From positions 34,100,001-34,164,000 of the forward strand of contig NC_043006.1 of assembly GCF_006345805.1 (NCBI RefSeq): a DNA stretch of 64,000 nucleotides, given 5' to 3'. This DNA comes from Octopus sinensis. Lineage: Eukaryota. The first letter of the stretch is position 1. Each line of letters opens with the position of its first letter. Made by a program: the position numbers and the translations under genes. The notes under the pieces were generated by a model, which was given only the letters and a program-made list of their open reading frames with translations, was not told the DNA's origin and searched no databases. Below, one piece after another: positions 53,427-64,000 of this stretch.

Positions 53427-53790
53427 CCAGGTTCAGTCCCACTGTGTGACACCTTGGGCAAGTGTCTTCTACAATAGCCTCAGGCTGACCAAAGCCTTGT
53501 GAGTGGATTTGCTAGATGGAAACTGAAAGAAGCCTGTTCTATTTTTATGTATATATTTATGTGTATGTCTTTGTGTCAATGTTTGTTCCCCACCACCACT
53601 TGACAACCAATGCTGGTTTGTTTGCATCCCCATAACTTAGCAGTTCAGCAAAAGAAACTGATAGAGTAAGCACCAGACTAAAAATAAATAAATAAATACA
53701 GGGATCAAGTTGTTCAACCAAAATTCCTCAAGGTGGTGCTCCAGCATGGCCACTGTCTAATGACTGAAACAAGTAAAAGATAAAAAGATA
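53427..53790 (+). mobile_element. tRNA-derived SINE (family A)
   Basis: CCAGGTTCAGTCCCACTG head and GACTGAAACAAGTAAAAGATAAAAAG tail. Confidence 0.8.
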
Positions 53791-56700
53791 AAACATTAGC
53801 GTAAATGTTTTATTCCAAAGTTTCTCTCTCGCTGCTCACCTCTACTCATTTCATTCCTTCAGGTGCCAACTGAACCCCTTCACAAATACACCTGATTCAC
53901 ACACACACACACACTCTTTCTCTCTCTCTCTCTCTCCCTCTCTCTCTCTCTCTCCCTCTCTCTCTCTCTCTCTCCTCTAAATATGAATAGCCATATAGCT
54001 CTGCAACTACAACCTGCTCTTCTCCACTTCTTTCTCGTACCTTAATCCTCATCTCTGAGCATAAAATTTCCCCTTTCCACTGCAACCTCAATAGTGCTGG
54101 TGGCATGAGAAAAGCATTCAGTACACATCATGAAGTGGTTGGTGTTAGGAAGGTCTTCCAGCTGTAAAAACTGCGACACTAGATCCCATTGCAGTCCTTG
54201 ACCCCATTGGACCCAGTCAAACCATCCAACCCATGCCAGCATAGAAAATGGACCTTAAATAATGATGGTGGTGGTGATGGGATTTTGCAGTTTATTTTCC
54301 AGTTTCTTTCACAAATGATTGGTCAGTTTAAGGCTATAGAAGACTATTTCTATTTGAGTCTAACTCTTTTAAGCCATAGTGGAAATGCGACCTATGTCAC
54401 AAATAGGTATATGAGTATTGTATAAATTTTATAATTGATAAATTTACTAAATTTTGTACATGCTCACAGGCACAGTTGCACCTGTAGGTGGGGTTTCTCC
54501 CAGCCCTGTTGTGGATGAATTATTTGTTTACATTTAGAGAAGAGTCAGAAAGAAAGGGTTTTAACTATGAAAAGATGCATAGTGATGGTGAAGATATTAC
54601 TTTCTGTTTGAAGGTAGCAAGTTGGCAGAACCATTAGCATGCTGACCAAAATGCTTGGCTGCATTTCATCTTTATGTTCTGAGTTCAAATTCCACTGAGG
54701 TCAGCTTTGCTTTTCATCCTTTTGGGGGTCAATAAAATAAGGACCAGTTAAGTAATAGGAGTGATGTCATTGACTAGCCCCACTACCTCTCCTGAAATTG
54801 CTGGCCTTGTGCCAAAATTTAAAACCATTATTATTTCCTGTTTTGAGGAATTTTGATCCAAACTTTACTTTTTTTTTATTTCTTTTGTTGTTCTTCTTCC
54901 ATTTCCCACTGAATTCTCATTGAGTTTTTGTTTGTTATATTAAAATGAATTTCAATCGAATTTCAAACTTTAATTAAGAAAGAAAAGAATTTTAAAAAGC
55001 TAAAATTTGGGGTTGAAGAGCAATTTGTGAAAATCAAAGAAGCAGGATTGATTTAAATCTTCAATTTTGATTTGAGTTTTAATTCTGATTTCAGAAATCT
55101 CTTCCTGCTCTTCCAGTTACAGCTTATGTTTCCAAATATAAAAATTATAGGGGGAAAAAAAATTAGAAAGCATTTGTAGCTGTTGTTGTTGTTGTTGTTG
55201 TTTTGTTCCTGGTCAGGCTTGAACTAGCAGACCTATATTTAAAAGCACCAATAACAGCTGTGACCATCCTGTTTTTATGTTTATGAAGGACTACTAAACC
55301 TTTACATTGCATACTTCTTTATTTAAAAGAGCATAGTATGATTTGAATGACATTTAGTTTCTATTTCTAGCAGGTCAGAGCATAATATAGAAGGCCCCAT
55401 CCACCCTCCCACCCACTTGTTAGAAGTAGATTTCTCATCTTAGAAAATCTGTTGTTTACATTTAATTTTCCATTAGGCATTTCATACAGTTCCATCATTG
55501 TTCTTTCTCAAGCAGGTTGGAACCTTGAAATGTTCTAAGCACAAAGAACACCAACGTTTATATTTCTCTTTCGATAAATATTTGGGCAGGGTCAGCTCGC
55601 ATCAAGTTTCTCAAACAAGCTGTTCATTGTTGTTCTTGTTGCTGTTGTTGTTTGGGTGTTTTAGTATTCTTCTTTTTTCTCTCCTTCTAAGTAATCGTTG
55701 TTTTGTTTAATTTTATCTTGTTAAATGTTATTTTAAATGTCTAGGTGCAGAGGTGGCGAGTTCACATTAGATATGTACTTTCCCATTTAGTCTGACAATC
55801 ACTCCAATGTCTTTCTTCTCTCATTAACCTACAAAAAGATGGGTTAACAAAAATAGAAAAAAGAAAAGATCAAATGTCTGATTTTCCTGTTTTTTTATTC
55901 ATTCATTTATTTATTTATTTATTATTGTTATTATTATTATTATTATATTTTTGGTTTTGCAATATTTTCCCATCATCCCTTTGTTTGATGCTATTATTGG
56001 TCAGTATTGGATTTCAATTCCGAGAAAAGAGAATTAAATGGAAGCATTTGCAGGAAAAGCAAACAAAAAGACCAAAAAAGCAGAACCTCTTTTAATATTT
56101 CCCAGAGCAAATGCACATTGTGCTTGTACAATTGTTAATAGTCACAACTAACTCTTCTACAACAGAAATCCAAAATGGCTGAACTATTTGAGGTTGTTTT
56201 CATCAAAGGATGTTGCATGGAGAGGGTGGGGGGAGGCCATTCCTATTTGAAGTTGGCTGTCATGGTTTTGCAGCAGGATTAATGTGTTGCTTCTTGTAGA
56301 AGTTCAGTTTGGAACCTAAAGACTGAAGAAATCTACCAAGGGGATGGGAATGGCTGCTAAAACCAGCTCATTGTAGTTGTGGTCGACAAGAAACCACAGA
56401 TGAAACTCTTCTGTAGATGAAGGCTAATTAATTTTTCATTGCCCCACCCAGGTGAAGCGCACAAGGCTAAGGGGTGAGACACCTGTTGATTCTATTGAAG
56501 AATTTCTAAAATTGCCATGATCTTTATCCACCACAAGGAGAAAAGCTTGCAACATCTTTGAACAGCTTCTGCAGTTTGTGCATGGAGCAAACTGTCTCTG
56601 ATGTTTATTTTACCTAAATTTCATCTTATCTTTCAAATCAACTTCTTTTGAAGCAACACAGGAACCCTTTTATAAGTGTTCAACCCGTTATTTACATCAA

Positions 56701-57952
56701 CCAAAAATACACCCTACTGTCTTGAAAATAATGGACCCACACAACTATGTACACTGAGGGTACACAATGGCGAGAAGAAGAAAATGAAAAGCAGCATGGT
56801 CACAGCTGGAGTGTCTTTAATCAGATGTCTGCATAAATAGAGCGGTGTTGTGGCTAAACGACGTTTGACAGAAGAATTTTAAATATCTTGTTGTTCAAAG
56901 ACACTGAGTAAAAACAGGTTTTGTTGGCGATAATTAGTCTTATTTAATTTCTTCTTTTCCTCGTTAATGAAGTTAGACAAATTGACAAACCATCAAAGAA
57001 TTTTATTATAGTTCAAGAATGGTGTGTAGCTACAGAAATATTAAGAAGATTGCAACACACATAGATGGACAAACCACTAAGTTATGGGGAACATAAACAC
57101 ACATACATATCATCATCATCATCATGATTTAAACTCCATTTTCCATACTGGCATGAGTGGGTGGGTGTATTGGTTGGCTTAAAGAATCTGCTGAGCTACT
57201 GGGCCACATTGAGCTCTAGTGTCAGCTTTACATAGCTTATAAAGCTGGATGCCCTTACTAACACCAGTCACTTTACAGAATGTACTAGGTGCTTTTATAC
57301 ACACACACACACACACACGAGAGGCTACTTTCAGTTTCCACCTACCAAATTCATTCACAAGGGCTGGGGCTACAACATCAAATTTCACTCACAAAATCTC
57401 AATCCACAAAAGACTCTGGTTGAAGAAGTTACCCAAAGTGCCAAACATTGGGAACAAACTTGGAACCAAATTAGGTTGCAAAGCAGTTTTCTTCAACATA
57501 CATACCTAAAACATGGTGAATCTATTCTTCATTTTCTGAAAAAAAGCAACATTTTAGACTTACGACACTTTTGCATAACAGCAACGAATTGTATTTACAC
57601 ATATAAATACACATGCAATGCAACATATGCATATGTACACATTTACTCTGTTATGATGTTTAATGGAAGCAATTAAATTTCTCTCTTCATTACAACTATA
57701 TTTTATGTATTAAGGAAGCTGAACTCATCACATGTGTGTGCAATAACCATTATTCTCATCATCATCAACATTTATGTAATATATCTATATATACGTTAAT
57801 ATACACTTGTATTTATGCTGAATTTAAAAGCAACTGACATGTAGCCATTAAACTAGCATTTCTATAATGAATGAGAAAACATTATTATAATTTATAATTT
57901 TAGTCCTCGTAGACATGACCTATGTAGCTACCCCTGTAGCATAGTCTGGAGA

Positions 57953-58310
57953 TATATGATGGAACTTACACTCGCCTCCTTATGAGAGCTCAAAATCTCT
58001 CATGGAAGCGTCATCCAACCAAAGTACAAATATATAGGAAACTACCACCTGTATCATCTCTTGTGAAAGGTAGAAGAGTCCAGTTTGCTGGATATTGTTG
58101 TAGAGCTGAAAACGAGGCAATTTCTACTCTTCTCCTCTGGAAGCCATCTACTCACGATACCAGAGGGCACACAAGCTCCTACACTGATGCAATCTCCAGG
58201 GATACAGGCATCCAGCAACAGGACCTCTGTAATGCTATGATGGACCATGAAGTCTGGCGTAGCATAGTAAATTCCATTGTCTCGACCACGGTCAAACAAT
58301 GATGATGGTA
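57953..58310 (+). mobile_element. 3' fragment of another RTE-type LINE with (GAT)n tail
   Basis: RRVQFAGYCCR, LLLWKP, AMMDHEVWR; stop followed by GATGATG. Confidence 0.7.
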
Positions 58311-59470
58311 TATATACTTTAGTTTTACTGCCATGTAGCATGGCAGTTTGCACACATGCATCATACAATCTATCTTTCACTCTGAGCAAGAGGCCCTTTG
58401 TCACCAGTAGAGGTAGGACCTTTCTGAACTTTGCCCAGGCTATTCTTATTGTAGTGGCAATGCTCTCTGAGCATCCACCCTAACTACAGACTTGGTCACC
58501 TAGGTAGCGGAAGCTATCAACTACTTCTAGTTTCTTCCTCTGGCACACGATAGAATCAATTTTCTGAGCATCTGTGATGTTTATTGTCCCTGTGCATCTG
58601 CTGCATATAAAAGCTATCTTCCTGGTTAACCTTCCTTTGATGTTACTGCATCTCTTATGCACCCATAGCTTACACTGGGTACATCTTATGGTGTTTCTAC
58701 CTTCACCTCTCCTACAGATCGAGCAGGGCCACCTACCTGAAGGGGTTTGTAATGTGTTTGCCTTCATACTTACTAGGACTTTTGTTTTTGCAACATTAAC
58801 TCCAAGGCCCTTCGATTCTAAACCTTGCTGCCACACCTGAAATAGTTCTGGTAGTGATTCCGCTATGAGAGCAAGGTTATCAGCATAGAGAAGCTCCCAG
58901 GGGCAACCTGTCTTGAATTCCTCTGTTATTGCCTGGAAGGCTATGACGAATAAGAGGGGACTGAGGGCTGATCCTTGGTGAACCCCTACTTCTACCCAGA
59001 ATTCTTCATTATACTCATTGCTGACCCTTACCTTACTAACGACATCCCTGTACAGGGCCAGTACAGCTCTTATTAACTGCTCATCAATCCTCAGTTTCTG
59101 CATCGCCCATCAGATAAGAGATCGGGGGCTCCTGTCAAAGGCATTCTCCAAGTCAATAAAAGCCAAATATAGGGGTTTATCTTTGGCTAGGTATTTTTCC
59201 TGCAGTTGCCATGCCAGGAATATAGCATCAGTGATGCTTCTACCTGGCTCGAAACCAAACTGCATCTCATCTAAGCAGACTCTCTCCCTAATTAGTTGGG
59301 TACGACCCTCTCCGTGACCTTCATCTCCTGATCCAGCAGTTTGATACCCCTGTAGTTATTTCTGTCTAAAGTATCACCTTTACCTTTGTAGCAGTTGACT
59401 ATGGTACTGCTATGCCAGTCAGTGGGTATGACTCCTTTGTGACTACCTGGTTTACAATATGGGTGACTAG
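58311..59470 (-). mobile_element. RTE LINE remnant (RT plus PHD-like insert)
   Basis: YRGIKLL, GVHQGSALSPLLF, ELLYADNL, CSIC...CTQCKLWVHKRC...CSRC, FRYLG. Confidence 0.9.
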
Positions 59471-60035
59471 GCCATAACCCACACCACCAGATGTGCATAT
59501 ATATATATATATAAATATTTGTATGTATGTTTCTTTGTGTCTGTACTTGTCCCTCATCAATGCTTGGTGACTGGTGCGTTCATGTCCCCATTACTTAGCA
59601 GTTTATCAAAAACACTGATAAAATATGTAGCAGGCCTGAGAAAGAAAAATAAACACTGAGGTTGATTCATTCAACTAGAAAATTCTACAAGGTGGTGCCC
59701 CAGCATGGCCACACAGTCTAATGACTGAAACAAGTAAAAGAGAGAGTGAGTGGGGGGAGACAGGTTTGATATCAAAATAATTATACTCCAATTAAACAGA
59801 GAACACATACAGCAATTAAACAAATTTCTTAAGGCCAGTGTCCCTGCTAAATATGGATTTAGCTATGCAGGGTACAAGGCAGTAAACATACTCATCCTAC
59901 GACCCTTTTTTAGGTAATGTTTTTTTGGACAGATACTGATGTTAACCCTTTTAGTTGCTTCTTAAGGCACACAGGGTCATAGTGAACCTATTCTAAAGAC
60001 CAGGGCACATACTGTAATAAATAAAGACCACATGT

Positions 60036-60260
60036 TGAACCCTTTAGCGTTCAGATTACTCTGTCAAATGTTCTACTTATTTATTCATGTTGTTTACAAT
60101 TAATATTGTATTACATTTGTGGCTTTGAAATTTTGATGATGTGATTGCATTATTTTTAGAATGACAATGAAGGATGGGTGTGAGAGGAAGGATCTGGCTG
60201 GTTTCAACATAAAACAGAATATTTTGGTCGGTTATCATCAGTTTAAATGCTAAAGAGTGG
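60036..60260. mobile_element. piggyBac-type MITE (degenerate)
   Basis: Ends AACCCTTTAGCGTT and AATGCTAAAGAGT. Confidence 0.55.
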
Positions 60261-60467
60261 TTTCATCTGGTTTACATGTGCTACCCAACCCTTTTCTTTC
60301 AACTCTGACTTAACTGTAAATAAAGAGACACAGATTACAATAGTTCAGTGATAAAATAAAAGTGGATTTAAAAAGTGAATACTTGAGGTTCCTCCCTTTC
60401 CACCCGAAGAAACATATCACTTTGTATTTAAGCATATCAAGTAACAAGTACGTATTTAATACATCAT

Positions 60468-60696
60468 GTAACCCATTCGTTATTGTATTTCTGTTGAGAT
60501 GCTTTGTGTTTCTTTCAGTTAATTTTAAATATAACAAAGAATTTAGTAAAATAACTTGGTTATCATTCAGCTAGTGTTAGGAACATAAATTGTGACTAAG
60601 GTTTAGTGGAAGATTTTCATTCAAAACTTATGAAAATAAGACATTTGTACTCAGAGCCAAAGCCAGTTTCAGGTGCGTTGGTAACGAAAGGGTTAA
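60468..60696. mobile_element. piggyBac-type MITE
   Basis: TAACCCATTCGTTA ... TAACGAAAGGGTTAA inverted ends with TTAA-type site. Confidence 0.75.
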
Positions 60697-60719
60697 GAAT
60701 TGTTTCTCTATTATATATT

Positions 60720-60848
60720 TTAACCCTTTTGTTACCATATTTCTGTTGAGATGCTCTGTGTTATCTTTCAATTAATTTTAAATACAACAAAGAATTTAGT
60801 AAAATAATCATTCAGCTAGTGTTAGGAACATAAATTGTGACTAAGGTT
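60720..60848. mobile_element. Truncated second copy of the piggyBac-type MITE
   Basis: TTAACCCTTTTGTTACC start and near-identity to 60469-60603. Confidence 0.75.
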
Positions 60849-61521
60849 TTTTAAAAAGTGAATACTTGAGGTTCTCCACCTCTTCACACGAAATGTATCA
60901 CTTTGTATTTGAGCATATCGAATAACAAGTACGTAATTAATACATCATTTAAATATATTGGTTGTAGTCTAAACCCAGGTGAATGCTGATTGACTGAACC
61001 TTTGATTAAAAGCCATTCTATCTGTGATCATCCTGGTGTTTTATTTTCAGACACTGTAAACCTAGGAGTACATTATCAAATGATCGCTTTTTACTATTTT
61101 TGAAAAATTCAGGAGTAATTTAAGGGATTATTGGCTGATATATCTAGCAGATCAAGTATCCATTTAAAGATTGTTGTTCAGTTAGCTTTTGTTGTGCAAA
61201 GGTGAAATTAACCTGAGCTTTCGATACAATATGATGTCACGTAAGAAAGGAAGTCTCTTATTACTGTATTTTGTGTTGAAATCTGATACAATGAGAGACC
61301 AAAGTAATACCAGAAAGATGTGTGGTCCTTTCTTTTTTCTTTTATTTTGTTATTTGTATTTATTTATTATTTAGAGATGTATTTACCTGGCAAGTGATTT
61401 TGTCTGATACTCTGTTGAAACTAAAACAATTAGTGTGGAAGGCATACATTAGCCATTCAAAGACACACAAAAACAGTGAACTTCACTTAACGATTTTTTC
61501 CTTTTCTTTTTATTATATTAT

Positions 61522-62330
61522 ATCATAAAGTCCAAAATCCTTAGTAAGTAGGAAAACAGACAAATCACTGACCCCCTTCAGGGAAATGGCCCTGCTTGAT
61601 TTGTAGAAAAGGTGCCCAGTGTAACTTATGGACACACAAATGGTGCAGCAGTATCACTGGAAGGTTTACAGAGAAAGTAGTCTTTACATGTGGCTGATGT
61701 GCAGGTATATTAAACACTAGAAATGTACAGAAAATAGATTCCCTAAAATGTCCGAGGGAATCCTTAGAAGTGGTACATAGTCTCCATTACTTAGGTGACC
61801 AAGATAGCCGTGGAGGAGGTAATTCCAAAAGAGTAGCTGCTAGAATATGAAAGGGCTAGGCTAAGTGCAGAGAGCTGCTGCCTTTGTTGGTAACGAAGGG
61901 CCACTCAGAGGCAGATAGTATGAAGCATGTGTACAAACAGCTGTGCTTCATGGCAGTGAGACATAGGCTGTAACTACAGAGGACTTGTGAAGGCTTGAAA
62001 GAAATGAGGCCAGCATGCTCCACTTGATGGATAATGTCAGTGTGCACATATGACTGAGTGTAAATGATTTAAGAGGAAAACTGGGTATAAGTGGCATCAG
62101 ATGTTGTGTGCAGGAAAGAAGACTGTGCTGGTTTAGTCATGTGATGTGTATGGATGAGAACAGCTGCATTGAGAAGTGCTGATCTCTGTGGAGGAATGTG
62201 TGGAAGGGGGTAGACCCAGGAAGACGTGGGGTGAAGTGGTGAGAAGGGATCTTCAGATGTTGGGCCTCACTGAGGAAATGACAAGGGACCAAAACTTGCT
62301 GTGCTTGAGAAAACATGTCGAACTAAGTAA
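61522..62330 (+). mobile_element. RTE LINE 3' fragment (PHD-like insert, C-terminus, 3' UTR)
   Basis: Homologous to 58311-58760 and 29110-29900; GRPRKTW-like end. Confidence 0.75.
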
Positions 62331-62662
62331 AACCATGGCCATCCATACATAGAGGAATGTCCTCTATGTCCGTCTCTCAGCTGAGAGATCCTAGTCTTGT
62401 AGGTGCTGGTGCCATGTATAAGCACCCATGCTGGTTTCATATAAAAATGCCTGTGCCAGTGCCATGCTGGTGCTACAGAAAATGTTCCGAGTGAACTCTG
62501 TAAAGTGGTTGGCATTAGGAAGGGCATCCAGCCATAGAAACCATAGCAAAACAGACAAATGGAGCCTGGCACAGCCCTCTGGCTGGCCAGCTGTGTCAAA
62601 CCATCCATCCCATGGAGAACAGACACTAAATGACGATGATGACAATAATGATGATAGTGATA

Positions 62663-63177
62663 TCTCTATATTATAATTCTGAAATGCGAAAAGTTTGTTT
62701 GTCTGGTTTTGGCATTGGAACGGGTTAAAGGGCACTAGATCCCGGCGGATTCGCTCCAAAATTTACAGGGACATATAAAATAAGGTGGGGATGTCAGAGG
62801 GCTAGGTTAGAAATCCCTATCTTAAAAGGTGTGGTTACTAGGGCAAAAACGCACACTTTGACAAGTCTCCTCTCATTCTCTTATCTGCCTTTCTTCCTCT
62901 CTCTCTCTCTCTCTCTTTCCTCCCTTCCTGTCACTTTCTCTCTATAACGGCGTTTGACAGCTACTACTATCTTTACCCCGCCGCCTTCGCCAGCACTGTC
63001 ATCTTTCTTCCACCGCCTCCCCCATCTCTTTCTGTACGTCTGTCTGCATTCATAGGGAGTTTTATTATCACCACCACCACTACACAATCATGAGAACAAA
63101 TATTATGAATCAGATATTTAAGTTAATCTATATGTGTGTGTGTTCTATATATAATGTATATAAACAAAGTGTATATA

Positions 63178-63213
<36 letters not shown>

Positions 63214-63329
63214 TTGTATACCTTTGTATATATAAAGCGTACACACACACACACACTTAGTGGCGATAAGATATTAGAAAGTAACAACCACAACCTCGCC
63301 CACGTGTAGAGCAGGTCACCTTAAGCTAG
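62663..63329 (+). mobile_element. Non-autonomous Helitron-like element
   Basis: A|TC start, GTTTGTTTGTCTG tract, degraded 3' hairpin (63298-63316), CTAG|T end. Confidence 0.55.
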
Positions 63330-63799
63330 TATTAATATATTTATAAATAAATGTTTAAGTAAATTTTACAGTTTTTGTGTGTTTTTGAATGGCTAACATG
63401 TCTTCTTCACTGTAATTGATTTAGTGATGTATACTTATTTGTAAACTTACATATTCATTTATATTTGAGTTTGCAGCTGGTTGAGTTAATAAAGCTGTGT
63501 ATAGCTTGAGGACCTTAAACAGATGTCAGTGATAAGTGTGTCACACCCATGGCCAAAATACTTAACTTTCATTGAGTCGCTTCACTGAGGTGTAACAAAA
63601 ACCTGTCATTCAATCAACATTCAAACCGTGACAATCTAATTTTCTCTTCTGTTCAGTCATTGTATATTTAACAATGTTTAAGATATCAGAGTAATATTTG
63701 GGGAAACTTTGCCACCCCCACTTTTTTTTTGTGAATTCCAGATCTAACACCTGTCGAAATGCTTACAAAATCAAAAAAAAAAAAAAAAAAAAAAACCCC

Positions 63800-63915
63800 A
63801 AAACAAAGAAAAAACAGCACAACACCCATGACTTTCAGAACCATTTTTCCAAACTCAGAATTGTTGAAGCATGGAATAAACTACCAGCATCAGTTGTTAA
63901 TTATTGGGACACTGC
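63800..63915 (+). mobile_element. CR1/L2-group LINE 3' fragment
   Basis: HFSKLRIVEAWNKLPASVV resembles the FFS.RVV..WN.LP..VV terminal motif. Confidence 0.6.
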
Positions 63916-63924
63916 ACAAGGCAA

Positions 63925-64000
63925 ACACATCACAAACCCCTCCGGGTAGATGGCCCTGCTCGATCCGTAGAAAAGGTGAAGGTAGAAACTCCATAAGATG
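63925..64000 (+). mobile_element. RTE LINE fragment starting at the PHD-like insert; runs off the window
   Basis: Close match to the reverse complement of 58682-58750. Confidence 0.75.

Overview
AT-rich, microsatellite-dense eukaryotic DNA made almost entirely of transposable-element relics. I could not support any host protein-coding exon, rRNA, intact tRNA or CRISPR array, so this looks like a large intron or intergenic region. The repeat repertoire resembles a coleoid cephalopod (octopus-like) genome; that is an inference from recognised repeat types, not a database result. Contents: many RTE-clade LINE fragments, a CR1/L2-group LINE, an R4/Dong-like REL-endonuclease LINE in a (TAA)n tract, Penelope-like (GIY-YIG) relics, a hAT transposase relic, pogo, hAT and piggyBac-type MITEs, Helitron/Helentron-like elements, and several tRNA-derived SINE families. 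Four observations stand out. (1) At 45290-45761 a head-to-head inverted pair of a short element joins a tRNA-like Pol III head to a minimal Penelope-type hammerhead ribozyme motif. (2) At 18-2070 an RTE insertion has a twin-priming-type 5' inversion, a 10-bp TSD and a reconstructable host reading frame. (3) A retroposon family carries a GC-rich ~61-bp VNTR. (4) A CpG-retaining island spans about 49.1-51.4 kb. Boundaries of degraded elements are approximate and were read by eye.
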